Notes under the pieces: generated by a model | What the model was told of the DNA's origin: nothing | Seen by the model: only the letters and a program-made list of their open reading frames with translations | The model's database searches: none | Shown: positions 22,592-34,077 of the stretch, piece by piece | How the letters are laid out: every line of letters begins with the position of its first letter | How positions within the stretch are numbered: position 1 is the first letter of the stretch | Translations under genes and position numbers: made by a program | NCBI GenBank assembly: GCA_003216895.1 | Contig: QCID01000007.1 | Span: 5,102 to 69,101 of the forward strand | From: Prochlorococcus sp. AG-402-K04 | Lineage (GTDB): Bacteria > Cyanobacteriota > Cyanobacteriia > PCC-6307 > Cyanobiaceae | Length of the DNA stretch: 64,000 bases | Reading direction: 5' to 3'

Positions 22592-23311
22592 GTGCGACAT
22601 TCACTGATAGCGAAATCAATAGTTTTTTTATTGCTATATCCCCTAATGATCAAATCTGTATTAAGTAAGAATATAGATGAGCAGTTGTTAAGCAATCAAT
22701 TGGAAGAAATTCTCAACCTGAGGAACGATGATTTACTGAAAGATCTCTTTCTAAAAAAATCATTCAATCAATTTAATATACGCTATAAAGCTTTCAAGGA
22801 AAAATATAAAGACGCCAAATGGTCAATTAAACCCATAAGTAATCATCAAAATAAATCATTACTAGATATAAAAATCATATCCACAACAAAAATTAATGAT
22901 CAAATTTATAATTTATATACTAAACAGACTGTTAAGATAGAGACTTATAAAAATAAAATCAAAGGATATAAAGTTATCAATGAAGAATCAATTCTGAAAA
23001 GCCAAAAATCACCTCTAATTATAAAAATTGTATCTCCAGAAAAAGTACTTACTGGTGAAAAATATGAAATGAATTTAATTATTGAAAACCCATTAGATAA
23101 TTCATTAACTGCTAGTGGAATGATTGTACTTAAAGATGAAGATAAAATGAATATATCGAATGATTTTTTTGGGATTAAGCCGAATCAATCAGGTGGTTTA
23201 TTTAAATATATTCAAGCGCCGTTAAAACCAGGTTCTCAAACTATTTCAGCAATCATTACTCATCCAGAAGGGATTTATTCAATTACAAAAAAAATAAAAG
23301 TAGGTTTATAA
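22592..23311 (+). CDS. Hypothetical protein with N-terminal hydrophobic/signal segment
   Basis: 239-aa ORF, hydrophobic N-terminus, C-terminal GGLFK; fills the gap between murG and pgk. Confidence 0.75.
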   Translation: MRHSLIAKSIVFLLLYPLMIKSVLSKNIDEQLLSNQLEEILNLRNDDLLKDLFLKKSFNQFNIRYKAFKEKYKDAKWSIKPISNHQNKSLLDIKIISTTKINDQIYNLYTKQTVKIETYKNKIKGYKVINEESILKSQKSPLIIKIVSPEKVLTGEKYEMNLIIENPLDNSLTASGMIVLKDEDKMNISNDFFGIKPNQSGGLFKYIQAPLKPGSQTISAIITHPEGIYSITKKIKVGL

Positions 23312-23326
23312 AAACCTACTTTTATT
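23293..23326. terminator. Bidirectional terminator-like hairpin between convergent genes
   Basis: Perfect 15-bp inverted repeat AATAAAAGTAGGTTT-ATAA-AAACCTACTTTTATT overlapping the stop codon at 23311, downstream of pgk. Confidence 0.8.
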
Positions 23327-23357
23327 CATCATCAAATTAGATTTAAATATTGAGATA

Positions 23358-24563
23358 TTAATCATCGTCAAGAGCAGAAACTCCAGGAAGAACTTTCCCT
23401 TCTAAAAGTTCAAGGCTAGCACCACCACCAGTAGAAATATGAGACATATTTTTTGCTAAACCTGCTTTCTCAACTGCTGCTACTGAATCTCCACCTCCAA
23501 TAATTGTGCAGCATCCTTGAGCACTTAAATCAGCTAAAGTGTTTGCGATGGCATTTGTTCCATTTGCAAATTTCTCAAATTCAAAGACACCCATCGGTCC
23601 ATTCCAAATAACAGTTTTGCAATCTTTCAGAGCATCCTGAAACAGTTCAACTGATTCTGAACCAATATCCAATCCCATCCAACCTTCGCTAATAGCATCT
23701 ACTTTTGAAGATTTACTATTTGCATTAGAAGAAAAATTATCAGCTAACACAACATCACTTGGTAAAAGAAACTCAACTCCTTTATCTTTCGCTTTCTTCT
23801 CCAAAGCAATTGCTAATTCAAGCTTATCTTCCTCTACAAGACTATTACCAACAGACAATCCTCTAGCTTTGTAAAAAGTAAATATCATCCCTCCACCAAC
23901 AATTATCTTGTCGCATTTATCAATTAAAGACTCCAAAACACCGATCTTACTACTTACTTTTGAACCGCCAACTATTGCTGCCAAAGGTCTTTTAGGTTGG
24001 TCTATAGCTCCTTGAAGATACTTAAGCTCTTTTTCCATTAAATAGCCAGCCACGCAAGGACTTAAGAACTTTGTAACGCCCTCAGTTGAGGCATGAGCGC
24101 GGTGAGCAGCACCAAAAGCATCATTAACATAGACTTCAGCCAAAGAAGCTAATTCCTTTGCAAATTCTGTATCGTTTTTTTCTTCTCCAGCAATAAAACG
24201 AACATTTTCCAAAAGGACAACATCGCCATTGGACATAGCATCTACTTTTGACTTTGCTTCAGCTCCTACACAACTTTCAGTTTTTACAACTGTTTTACCA
24301 AGCAACTCACTAAGTCTTTGTGCAACAGCAGTCAAACGCATTTCTTCATTCACCTTTCCCTTTGGCCTACCAAAATGAGCAGAAAGGATAACTCTTGCAC
24401 TCTTCTCGAGAAGGTCATTAATAGTCGGTAAAGCAGCACGAATTCTTGTGTCATCAGTTATTTGCCCCGCATCTCCTAATGGGACATTAAAATCAACTCT
24501 CACTAAAACACGTTTGCCGCATAAGTCATCAGCGCCGAGACTTGACAGGGAACGCTTAGACAT
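23358..24563 (-). CDS. pgk: Phosphoglycerate kinase
   Basis: [37 protein letters not shown]. Confidence 0.98.
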   Translation of the reverse strand: MSKRSLSSLGADDLCGKRVLVRVDFNVPLGDAGQITDDTRIRAALPTINDLLEKSARVILSAHFGRPKGKVNEEMRLTAVAQRLSELLGKTVVKTESCVGAEAKSKVDAMSNGDVVLLENVRFIAGEEKNDTEFAKELASLAEVYVNDAFGAAHRAHASTEGVTKFLSPCVAGYLMEKELKYLQGAIDQPKRPLAAIVGGSKVSSKIGVLESLIDKCDKIIVGGGMIFTFYKARGLSVGNSLVEEDKLELAIALEKKAKDKGVEFLLPSDVVLADNFSSNANSKSSKVDAISEGWMGLDIGSESVELFQDALKDCKTVIWNGPMGVFEFEKFANGTNAIANTLADLSAQGCCTIIGGGDSVAAVEKAGLAKNMSHISTGGGASLELLEGKVLPGVSALDDD

Positions 24564-25042
24564 AATGTATGGGATTCAGAAAGGAAACTGAGTGACCATA
24601 GCTCTTGAAAGGCACCAATTGGGTAATTACTAAGACACAGAAAAAATCTACCTAAACCTTAGAGAAACTTAAAAAGGCTTTTTAGATATTAAAAAGAACT
24701 AGTTAAAATAATTAATTATCTCTCAAATGCTTGCAATCACTAGAAAATATAAACTTATAACATAAGGATAAAAATCGATTTTTTTTTGAACATACGATAT
24801 GAGGAATATTTTTCACTAGCAAGTTATTAATTATTGTAATCCTATCAATCTATATTTATCAATAAAATTTAACCCCCATCGGGATATTCTGAGTAATCCA
24901 AGTATTATGATCAAATTATTTAATCGATTCAGATGATAAGTTGAACTCAGAATTTTCAAAAATACACTTACAAAATAGATCAAAAATCATTTTTTACAAT
25001 TTTTAAATTAATCAATTCCAAACCAAATTCTTATAAAATTCC

Positions 25043-25906
25043 GTGAACAAGCAGCTTATACAATGGTATCCAGGGCATATTGCTAAAGCAGAAAAACAAT
25101 TAAAAGAGCATCTGAATAAAGTTGATCTAGTTTTTGAAGTGAGAGACGCAAGGATACCCCTCGCTACTTCTCATCCATATCTTCAAAAATGGTTAAAAGG
25201 AAAGAAGCAAATATTAGTTATCAATAGAAAAGACATGATAAATGTCAATGCCCATAAAGCTTGGGACAAAAAATTAAGGTCAGAAGGGAAAGTCCCATGG
25301 TGGTGTGATGCAAAAGCTGGAACAGGCGTTCTCCAAATAAAACAAGCCGCTATTCGTGCCGGGAAAGAGTTAAATCAAAGACGTCTTGACCGAGGGATGA
25401 AAAATCGTGCAATTAGAGTTTTAACTCTTGGCTTCCCAAATGTTGGAAAATCTGCTCTCATTAACAGACTAGTTAAAAAGAAGGTTGTATCTAGCTCAAG
25501 AAAACCTGGGGTCACAAGAAGTTTGAGATGGGTAAGATTGGGACAAGATCTGGATCTATTGGATGCTCCTGGAGTTCTGCCGCCCAGATTTGAAGATCAA
25601 AATGCCGCCATAAAATTAGCTATTTGTGATGACATTGGTCAAGCCGCATACGATACTGAACAAGTAGCCATTAACTTTATGAAACTTCTTGAGACATTAG
25701 AAAACACCCAAGAAGCAGGAATCAAGTCAAAATGTCTTCAAAATAGGTATGGAATATTGCTCGATGAACCTATTAAAGACAAATCTTTATGGCTACTTTC
25801 AGCAGCAGAACGTCACACTTCCGGAGATACTCGCAGAATGTCTCAAAGATTACTTGATGATTTTCGCAAAAATTTGTTGGGCAATATCTCTCTTGAACTC
25901 CCCTAA
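25043..25906 (+). CDS. rbgA: Ribosome biogenesis GTPase RbgA/YlqF
   Basis: IQWYPGH, DARIP, GFPNVGKS, DAPG. Confidence 0.94.
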   Translation: MNKQLIQWYPGHIAKAEKQLKEHLNKVDLVFEVRDARIPLATSHPYLQKWLKGKKQILVINRKDMINVNAHKAWDKKLRSEGKVPWWCDAKAGTGVLQIKQAAIRAGKELNQRRLDRGMKNRAIRVLTLGFPNVGKSALINRLVKKKVVSSSRKPGVTRSLRWVRLGQDLDLLDAPGVLPPRFEDQNAAIKLAICDDIGQAAYDTEQVAINFMKLLETLENTQEAGIKSKCLQNRYGILLDEPIKDKSLWLLSAAERHTSGDTRRMSQRLLDDFRKNLLGNISLELP

Positions 25907-26886
25907 TGAATAAAGAGATCAAACATGAATTTGGGCAGGGACCAGGTGAATTATTTGAGGGTGAATATAAGAAACCTTTGCCTATGCGGCTTGATAGATG
26001 GCTAGTAAGTCAACGAGCCGAACAAAGTAGGGCTCATATTCAGAAATTCATTGAAGCAGGGTTCGCAAGAGTGAATGGTAAAACTGGAAAAGCAAAAACT
26101 CCCGTTAGGCCAGGTGACACAATTCAACTTTGGGTTCCACCACCTGAACCTCTTCCTTACTTAAAACCAGAAGAAATTAATTTAGATATTTTATATGAAG
26201 ATAGTCATTTAATAGTCATTAATAAAACAGCTGGGATAGCAGTTCATCCTGCACCGGGGAATAAATCAGGAACTTTAGTCAATGGATTAATCAATCATTG
26301 CCCAGACTTACCAGGCATCGGAGGTAAATTAAGGCCTGGAATAGTTCATCGCTTAGATAAAGACACAACTGGATGCATTGTCGTAGCAAAGACTCAAGAA
26401 GCCTTAGTCAAATTACAAATTCAAATACAAAAAAGAGTAGCCTCAAGAAATTATCTTGCTGTTGTCCATGGAGCTGTCAAAGACAATGTAGGGATGATTG
26501 TCGGATGTATTGGTCGACATCCAAAAGATAGAAAAAAATATGCTGTGGTTGATGAGGAATCTGGTAGATATGCTTGTACACATTGGAAATTAATTGAAAA
26601 TTTAGGAAATTTTTCTCTTCTCAAATTCAAACTTGATACAGGTAGAACGCATCAAATTCGTGTTCATAGTGCATACATCGGTCATCCTATTATTGGAGAC
26701 CAAACTTACAGTAGGTGTAAAAAATTGCCTATTAAACTTGGTGGCCAAGCCTTACATGCAGTTGAACTGGGTTTAATACACCCAATAACATTAGAAAAAA
26801 TGAAGTTCACAGCTCCTTTACCTAAAGATTTTGAACGACTTTTAAAAGTATTGCAAGCTAAAAATAAGATTATTAAGGAAGTCTAG
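25906..26886 (+). CDS. rluD: RluA/RluD-family pseudouridine synthase
   Basis: S4 domain RLDRWL, HRLDKDTTG, TGRTHQIRVH. Confidence 0.92.
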   Translation: MNKEIKHEFGQGPGELFEGEYKKPLPMRLDRWLVSQRAEQSRAHIQKFIEAGFARVNGKTGKAKTPVRPGDTIQLWVPPPEPLPYLKPEEINLDILYEDSHLIVINKTAGIAVHPAPGNKSGTLVNGLINHCPDLPGIGGKLRPGIVHRLDKDTTGCIVVAKTQEALVKLQIQIQKRVASRNYLAVVHGAVKDNVGMIVGCIGRHPKDRKKYAVVDEESGRYACTHWKLIENLGNFSLLKFKLDTGRTHQIRVHSAYIGHPIIGDQTYSRCKKLPIKLGGQALHAVELGLIHPITLEKMKFTAPLPKDFERLLKVLQAKNKIIKEV

Positions 26887-28474
26887 GGCAAGCCTTAACC
26901 ATCTTTTTTGTTAGGTATTTTCGAGGATGATTTAACAAATTTCTTCCCGAGTTCTCTTCGATAATTTTTCCTTTATCAAATACTAATACTCTGTGACAAA
27001 ATCCTGCCGCAACAGATAAATCATGAGTGATGAACAACATAGACAGTTTTAATTTTTCTTGCAAAGAGCGTAGTAACTCCAAAACTTCTGCTTGAATCTC
27101 AGCATCTAACATACTTACACTTTCATCACAGATAAGTATTTTGGGACGAAGTGCTAATGCTCTTGCAATAACTACTCTTTGCTGTTGTCCTCCTGAAAGT
27201 TGAGAAGGTAAGCGTTGTTCATACATTGCTGTGGGCGTTAAACCAACTAGTTCTAAAAGACTACGAGCTTTTTCTCTAGCTTGAGATCGACTTAACAATT
27301 TATGGATAAGAATTGGATCTATAATTGCATCCACTACTGACATCTTAGGGTTCAAAGATGCAGAAGGATCTTGAAAAATAATTTGAATATATTTACGTAA
27401 TTGTTTTAAAGATTTCCTATTGATAGTTAAAATATTCTTTCCAAGAAAAAAAACACTTCCACCTCTTGTGGGCAATAAACCAGTCAACGCTCTACATAGA
27501 GTGCTCTTACCACATCCTGACGGGCCTACGATGCCAAGAGTTTCACCTTCATGCAGAGAGAAGGTAACTTCATTAACCGCTTTCAACCAAAAAGAATTGA
27601 AAGGCCAAAAGCCTGAATTATGCCAGCAACGTAATCTATTTACTCGGAGTAATGCAGTATTTTGATTAATTATTTCTCTCTCAGAGCACTCTAAAATTTT
27701 GGCTGAATTAACTAATCTTTGAGCAATATCAGTTTTTGGGTTGCCAACTATCTCTTTAATATTTCCAGACTCGACTATATGCCCAGAATCAAGTATTGCA
27801 ATTTTATTACACCATTTATATGCCATTGATAAATCATGAGTAATTAATAGTAAAGCAGTCCCAGTTTCTTCACAAAGTAAACTCAATTCACTCATGATTT
27901 GATCTGCAACTATTGTATCTAAACTAGTGGTAGGTTCATCAGCAATTATCAAAGGAGGTCTTAAACAAATTGCTAAAGCTATTGCTACTCTTTGTCGCAT
28001 TCCTCCACTAAATTCATGTGGAAAAGAATTAAATCTTAAAGGATCTATTCCAACTCTTTCTAATAAGCTTTTGGTTTTTTTTACTAACTGAAAAATTGGT
28101 TCAGAATCATCATGAGCTCTAAATGTATCAACCAAATGTTCGCCAACAGTCATTAAAGGATTTAATCGTGACATTGGATCCTGAAATATCAATCCAACCT
28201 CTTTCCCTCGAATAGTTTGCAAAGAGAACTTGTTCAGGTCCAATACATTTTTGCCATTTAAAACAATCTCACCATCACAAACACATCCATTTGGAAGAAG
28301 CTGCATTACAGCCTTAGCAACGGTACTTTTACCACATCCTGAACTACCAACTAATGCAAGCCTATCGCCACGATTCATATTCAGATTTAATCCTCTTAAT
28401 ACGTAAGTAGTACTATTTGGATAAATAGTATTTAGTTTATTTATCTTTAAAACTTCTTTTGATGAATTATTCAT
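26873..28474 (-). CDS. Fused double ABC ATPase (DppD/DppF-like peptide/nickel transport)
   Basis: Two Walker A motifs (GSSGCGKS, GPSGCGKS), IFQDP x2, SGGMRQR and SGGQQQR. Confidence 0.9.
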   Translation of the reverse strand: MNNSSKEVLKINKLNTIYPNSTTYVLRGLNLNMNRGDRLALVGSSGCGKSTVAKAVMQLLPNGCVCDGEIVLNGKNVLDLNKFSLQTIRGKEVGLIFQDPMSRLNPLMTVGEHLVDTFRAHDDSEPIFQLVKKTKSLLERVGIDPLRFNSFPHEFSGGMRQRVAIALAICLRPPLIIADEPTTSLDTIVADQIMSELSLLCEETGTALLLITHDLSMAYKWCNKIAILDSGHIVESGNIKEIVGNPKTDIAQRLVNSAKILECSEREIINQNTALLRVNRLRCWHNSGFWPFNSFWLKAVNEVTFSLHEGETLGIVGPSGCGKSTLCRALTGLLPTRGGSVFFLGKNILTINRKSLKQLRKYIQIIFQDPSASLNPKMSVVDAIIDPILIHKLLSRSQAREKARSLLELVGLTPTAMYEQRLPSQLSGGQQQRVVIARALALRPKILICDESVSMLDAEIQAEVLELLRSLQEKLKLSMLFITHDLSVAAGFCHRVLVFDKGKIIEENSGRNLLNHPRKYLTKKMVKACPRLP

Positions 28475-28523
28475 AAAAAGGTAGCAAGAAATGTTGAGTT
28501 TGAATAAAATAAATTAAGCTCCG

Positions 28524-30866
28524 GTGCTGATGCCTAAAGTCACCTCTGCACACAATTCAAACCAGACTCATATAGTCTGTGATGAATTTTTTGATGGCCA
28601 GCCGAAACTTAGACCTCATCAGATCAAAAATGTTGATGATTATGGAATTATTTTGCCAGAGTGGTTAAAAAATTGCATTGAAAATATTCCGCCGGGGATA
28701 GGAGCAAGTTGCCCAAGAGATTCTGAAGCACTTTTAGTTGCCGCTTTTGATCTTGCATTTCAATTGCATAAAGGGCAATACAGAAAAAGTGGTGAACCTT
28801 ATATAATCCATCCCGTTGCAGTAGCTGACTTACTAAGAGAGATAGGTGCAAGCGCTAGTGTAATTGCAGCAGGTTTTTTACATGACGTCGTCGAAGATAC
28901 AGACATAACGCCAGAACAACTTGAGGGATATTTTGGCAGTGAAGTTAGATATTTAGTTGAAGGAGTGACTAAATTAGGCGGTATCCATTTCAATAATAGA
29001 ACAGAAGCACAAGCAGAAAACCTACGTAAAATGTTTCTTGCTATGGCTAGCGATATTCGAGTTGTACTTGTAAAGCTTGCAGATAGGCTTCACAACATGA
29101 GAACTATTAGTTTTTTAGATAAAGAGAAGCAAACTCGTATAGCTAATGAAACGAGAGAAATTTATGCTCCTCTCGCAAACCGTTTAGGAATAGGACGCTT
29201 CAAATGGGAACTAGAGGACTTAGCATTTAAACTTTTAGAGCCAGATCCTTTCCGAGAAATTCAACAACAAATAGCTAGTAAACGTAGTGAAAGAGAAGAG
29301 AGATTAAATACAACTGTTCAATTATTAAAAGATCGCTTGAACTCAGCAGGACTTTGCCAATGTGAAGTCAGTGGAAGGCCAAAGCATTTATATGGGATAT
29401 GGAGCAAAATGCAAAGACAGCAAAAAGAATTTCATGAAATTTTTGATGTTGCTGCTCTAAGAATTCTTGTCTCAGATGTCGAGACATGTTATCGAGCTCT
29501 TGCTGTTGTCCATGACACATTCAGACCAATACCTGGTCGATTTAAAGACTATATAGGCCTTCCGAAACCAAATGGCTACCAGTCGCTACATACGGCTGTA
29601 ATAGGCAGGCACAGACCTATTGAGGTGCAAATCAGAACTCCAGAAATGCATCGGGTTTCAGAATTTGGAATTGCAGCTCACTGGAAATATAAAGAGGGAG
29701 GATCTCCTGCTAATCCTGATTCAGAAAAATTTAATTGGTTGCGCCAATTAGTTGAATGGCAACAAGAAGATGGGGTTAATGATCATAATGACTACCTTGC
29801 CTCAATTAAAGAGGATTTATTTGATGAAGAGGTATTCGTTTTCACTCCAAAAGGAGATGTTTTGGGCTTAAGGAATGGTTCAACAGCAATCGATTTTGCT
29901 TATCGTATTCATTCTGAAGTAGGAAATCATTGTAATGGTGCAAGAATTAATGATCGTCTTTGCGTGTTATCAACGCCTCTTGAGAATGGAGATTTCGTTG
30001 AGATCCTTACACATAAGAGCTCTCATCCAAGCTTAGATTGGTTAAACTATGTAGCCACACCCACAGCTAGAAATCGCATTCGTCAATGGTATAAGAAAAG
30101 TCATCGTCAAGAAACAATTTTAAGAGGTAAGGAACTACTAGAACAAGAATTTGGGCGTAAAGGAATTGATCATCTCCTAAAAGGTGAAGCAATAACAAAA
30201 GTTGCAGAGAGGTGTAATCTAAAGTCTAAGGAAGATTTATTAGCTGCACTTGGATTTGGAGCATTAACCTTACATCAAGTAATCAATAGATTTAGAGAAG
30301 AGATAAAGATACAAAACCAGCTGCCTGAGACTGAATTAAGCGATATCGAGCTAGCGAACCAAATTGGGTCACAAGTAAATCTAGCTTCCAACAAATCAAA
30401 AATATCTCAAACAAAATATTCGCCAATAGTTGGCTTAGAAGGTCTTGACTATCGACTAGGGGGGTGTTGCAGCCCTTTACCAGGAGAATCAATACTTGGA
30501 ACAGTTGCACTTGGGAATCATGGAATCACGATACATCGAACTAATTGTGTCAATATACAATCAGTTCCCAACAATAGAAAACTATCAGTCAAGTGGAATA
30601 GTAATGCACATACCAGTGAAGAAAAATTTCCTATTCAATTAAGAATTGAAGTTATTGATAGAGTCGGAGTTCTTAAAGACATATTAATGAGACTTTCTGA
30701 TAGAGGTATTAATGTGATCGATGCAAGAGTTAAGACATCTCATGGTAAACCTGCATGCATAGACCTAAGAGTTGAACTGGAAAGCGTTAATCAATTAGAA
30801 ATTACTATCAATCAAATACGTTCAATGATTGATGTGATAGATATCGCTAGAACAGGAATTAATTAA
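28524..30866 (+). CDS. relA: Bifunctional (p)ppGpp synthetase/hydrolase Rel
   Basis: HDVVED, KLADRLHNMRT, RFKDY, YQSLHT, EVQIRT, TGS and ACT domains. Confidence 0.96.
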   Translation: MLMPKVTSAHNSNQTHIVCDEFFDGQPKLRPHQIKNVDDYGIILPEWLKNCIENIPPGIGASCPRDSEALLVAAFDLAFQLHKGQYRKSGEPYIIHPVAVADLLREIGASASVIAAGFLHDVVEDTDITPEQLEGYFGSEVRYLVEGVTKLGGIHFNNRTEAQAENLRKMFLAMASDIRVVLVKLADRLHNMRTISFLDKEKQTRIANETREIYAPLANRLGIGRFKWELEDLAFKLLEPDPFREIQQQIASKRSEREERLNTTVQLLKDRLNSAGLCQCEVSGRPKHLYGIWSKMQRQQKEFHEIFDVAALRILVSDVETCYRALAVVHDTFRPIPGRFKDYIGLPKPNGYQSLHTAVIGRHRPIEVQIRTPEMHRVSEFGIAAHWKYKEGGSPANPDSEKFNWLRQLVEWQQEDGVNDHNDYLASIKEDLFDEEVFVFTPKGDVLGLRNGSTAIDFAYRIHSEVGNHCNGARINDRLCVLSTPLENGDFVEILTHKSSHPSLDWLNYVATPTARNRIRQWYKKSHRQETILRGKELLEQEFGRKGIDHLLKGEAITKVAERCNLKSKEDLLAALGFGALTLHQVINRFREEIKIQNQLPETELSDIELANQIGSQVNLASNKSKISQTKYSPIVGLEGLDYRLGGCCSPLPGESILGTVALGNHGITIHRTNCVNIQSVPNNRKLSVKWNSNAHTSEEKFPIQLRIEVIDRVGVLKDILMRLSDRGINVIDARVKTSHGKPACIDLRVELESVNQLEITINQIRSMIDVIDIARTGIN

Positions 30867-30913
30867 CTTTTCAAATAATCCTAAAGATTGTTGAAAATAA
30901 TTAATATATAAAT

Positions 30914-31369
30914 TTAAATTTTATTAGAAAGTTTTTTGAGTAAAAAATATAGACCAAATCCGCCCACGATGCCAGTCAAAAGCCCCATACATATCGAGCC
31001 CATTACCAGTCGAGAACTCAAGTACCAACCTTGAGACCACAACTCTATAGTAGATATATGGCTATAATCTACTATATTTTTATCTGTATTGAGTATTAAA
31101 GAGCCTAGTCTGTAATTAAAATAATAAAGAGGAACATAAGTAAATGGGTTGCTAATCCAAGTCCCAACAGCCGCCAAAATGCTATTCCCCTTGAAGATTT
31201 TTGCTAAGAACACACCCATAACGGTTTGCAAACCAAAAAATGGAAAGCAACCACTAAATATCCCCACGCCCAATCCTAACGCTCTCTGAGAGGCTGAACC
31301 TTCCTGATTCCAGAGCCAAGAGATAAATTTACGAATTCTTTGTATTAGATTTAGGAAGATTTTTTTCAT
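30914..31369 (-). CDS. DUF2062-like membrane protein
   Basis: GIFSGCFPFFG, TWISNPFT motifs. Confidence 0.75.
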   Translation of the reverse strand: MKKIFLNLIQRIRKFISWLWNQEGSASQRALGLGVGIFSGCFPFFGLQTVMGVFLAKIFKGNSILAAVGTWISNPFTYVPLYYFNYRLGSLILNTDKNIVDYSHISTIELWSQGWYLSSRLVMGSICMGLLTGIVGGFGLYFLLKKLSNKI

Positions 31370-31440
31370 ATTTTAAAAAATCTTGGTTCAAAAAAGAAAC
31401 CTAGATCTGATCTTAGTGAAGATTGCGTGATTATTGATTA

Positions 31441-32835
31441 ATGAATTCGTTTTCCCCTACTGAAGATACTATTGCCGCAATTGCCACAGCCGTTTCTCCC
31501 GGCCAAGGAAGTATCGCTGTTATTAGGATCTCAGGCTCCTCAGCCATTGAGATAACAAAAACCATTGTTCATATTCCTGGAAAGCACGATTGGAGCACTC
31601 ATAAAGTGCTTTACGGACATGTAACCGAAGCAAATCAAAAAATATATATCGATGAAGTATTAATACTAATAATGAAAGGGCCGCGGAGTTTTACAGGAGA
31701 AGATGTAGTAGAAATTCATTGCCATGGTGGAATCATTGCAGTCCAAAAGATCCTTGAAAGAATTCTAAGTATCTCAAGTGTTCGAAGAGCAGAACCAGGT
31801 GAGTTTAGTCAACGAGCAGTGCTGAATGGTCGTCTTAGCCTGACTCAAGCAGAATCAATTAGTGAGCTGGTATCAGCAAGAAGTCGAAAAGCAGCAGAAC
31901 TCGCGATTAATGGAATTGAAGGAAATATTCAAACTACGATTCAATCAATCAGGAAACGATTAATTGAGCAACTAACGGAAATTGAAGCAAGAATAGATTT
32001 TGAAGAAGATCTTCCAGTTTTAGATGAAAAGCATGTAAAGAATGAAATTATCGCAATCAAAAAAGATCTTAGTGAACTAATTGATAATGCTAAAAGAGGA
32101 TCTTGGGTTCGTTCTGGCTTAAAAGTTGCATTAACCGGGAAGCCTAATGTTGGAAAAAGCTCCTTACTAAATAGGCTTTGCAAACAAGAAAAAGCTATTG
32201 TGACTGACCTACCTGGAACCACAAGAGATCTTTTAGAAAGTGAGATTGTATTAGAGGGGATACCAGTAACTTTTATTGATACAGCAGGTCTAAGAGAGAC
32301 TAAAAATATAATTGAAAAAATTGGTATTTCTAGAACTAAAAAAACTTTAATTCAAGCGGATCTCATCATATTAATCTTTGATTATTCAAAAGGATGGACT
32401 AGCGAGGATGAATCAATACTAAAACAATTACCCATAAATATTCCATTCTTGATTGTTGGAAATAAATCTGATTTAAAGAATAACCAATCTTTTAAAAAAG
32501 TTCCAAAAAATTTATTAAAAAAAGAAAATCAAGTTATTATGAGTGCAAAAACTGGAAATGGAGAAAGCGATCTAATTAATTACATACTAAATATATGTGG
32601 TTCTTCTCAAACGCATGGATTGCATATCGCTCTAAATGAAAGACAACTTGACCTAGCGAAGTCAACGATGGAATCCCTGGAAAATATTAATAAAGTTTGT
32701 GATGAAAAGCTGCCATGGGATTTCTGGACGATCGATTTAAGACAAGCTATTAATTATTTAGGAGAACTAACAGGAGAAGATTTAACAGAAAGCTTACTTG
32801 ATAATATATTTTCTAAATTCTGTATTGGGAAGTAA
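31441..32835 (+). CDS. mnmE: tRNA modification GTPase MnmE/TrmE
   Basis: DTIAAIAT, SFTGEDVVE, GKPNVGKSS, GTTRD, terminal FCIGK. Confidence 0.98.
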   Translation: MNSFSPTEDTIAAIATAVSPGQGSIAVIRISGSSAIEITKTIVHIPGKHDWSTHKVLYGHVTEANQKIYIDEVLILIMKGPRSFTGEDVVEIHCHGGIIAVQKILERILSISSVRRAEPGEFSQRAVLNGRLSLTQAESISELVSARSRKAAELAINGIEGNIQTTIQSIRKRLIEQLTEIEARIDFEEDLPVLDEKHVKNEIIAIKKDLSELIDNAKRGSWVRSGLKVALTGKPNVGKSSLLNRLCKQEKAIVTDLPGTTRDLLESEIVLEGIPVTFIDTAGLRETKNIIEKIGISRTKKTLIQADLIILIFDYSKGWTSEDESILKQLPINIPFLIVGNKSDLKNNQSFKKVPKNLLKKENQVIMSAKTGNGESDLINYILNICGSSQTHGLHIALNERQLDLAKSTMESLENINKVCDEKLPWDFWTIDLRQAINYLGELTGEDLTESLLDNIFSKFCIGK

Positions 32836-33137
32836 TGCAATGTTAATCTGCTACTGATTATCGATTGTAAAAATATAATATAAATAATAGCAAACTCCTC
32901 CAATCAGTAGTGCAACCATAATATTCACGCTATGAACAACGTCCACTTGGTTCTAACAGACGGAAGTAGTTTAATTAAAGCATATAGTTCACATATCACA
33001 AAGAAAAAATATGAAAAGATTTCTATTTTCTTAAAACATTTAAGACAAAAATAAGTAGATGAAATTAAAAAATAGAAAAAGATATTTTTTATAAATGGTT
33101 TTAGCATTGGTATAGTAAGCAATGTATTTGTTAAATT

Positions 33138-34001
33138 GTGGATCTTCGCTCACCAAAGCTACATAAAATATTAGACACCTGGATTGAGGAAGATCTCGGT
33201 GATGGAGATCTCACGAGATTTGTCCTCAACGATAGAAGTGCATCAGCACATTGGTTAGCAAAAGAGGATGGAACTTTTTGTGGTGGAGATCTAGTCAAAC
33301 TAATATTTAGAAAAATTGATCCCCAAGTTGATATTCAACTTCTAATAAAGGATGGTCAGAAATTTAAAAAGAATCAGAGACTTCTAGAATTAAAAGGGTC
33401 ATCCGCTTCTTTAGTAGCAGGAGAGAGAGTAACTCTAAATGTAGCCATGCATCTTTCTGGTATAGCTACATCGACAGCTTTACTGGTAGCTAAACTATCA
33501 GGATCGAATGTGAAGTTGGCAGATACCCGTAAAACGACTCCAGGTCTGAGAATATTCGAAAAATATGCATTTCATTGTGGTGGCGGAATTAATCATAGAC
33601 TTGGATTAGATGATGCTGCCATGTTGAAAGAAAATCATATTGAATGGTCGAAGAGCATTAGTGAGAGTATAAAAATCTTAAAAAATACTATCCCATGGAC
33701 AAAAAAAATAATAGTCGAAGCAGAAACTCCCACTCAAGCGAAAGAAGCTGTAGAGGCAGGTGCAGATGGAGTTTTACTTGATGAAATGTCTATCACAGCG
33801 ATAGAGAAATTAGTTCCAGAATTACGTCAACTTTCAAAAACTAGTAATTCCACATACGTCTCAAAAAACATAGTTATTGAAGTTTCTGGAATCAACCCAA
33901 ATAATTTATCGGACTATATTTTTACAGGTATTGATCTTATCTCAACTAGTGCATCAATCACTAAAAGTAAATGGATAGATTTCAGTATGCGCTTTGACTG
34001 A
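33138..34001 (+). CDS. nadC: Quinolinate phosphoribosyltransferase
   Basis: EDLGDGDLT, DTRKTTPG, NHRLGL, LKENH. Confidence 0.96.
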   Translation: MDLRSPKLHKILDTWIEEDLGDGDLTRFVLNDRSASAHWLAKEDGTFCGGDLVKLIFRKIDPQVDIQLLIKDGQKFKKNQRLLELKGSSASLVAGERVTLNVAMHLSGIATSTALLVAKLSGSNVKLADTRKTTPGLRIFEKYAFHCGGGINHRLGLDDAAMLKENHIEWSKSISESIKILKNTIPWTKKIIVEAETPTQAKEAVEAGADGVLLDEMSITAIEKLVPELRQLSKTSNSTYVSKNIVIEVSGINPNNLSDYIFTGIDLISTSASITKSKWIDFSMRFD

Positions 34002-34077
34002 AAAACGAACCAACGGTTTTCTGACAACAGCCTAAAACCAAAAAAATCTTAAGAGTATCTACCTAACCATAAACATC

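Noticed and set aside
32925-33122. 65-aa minus-strand Phe-rich ORF
   Set aside because: Composition reflects A-tracts; no support for coding.
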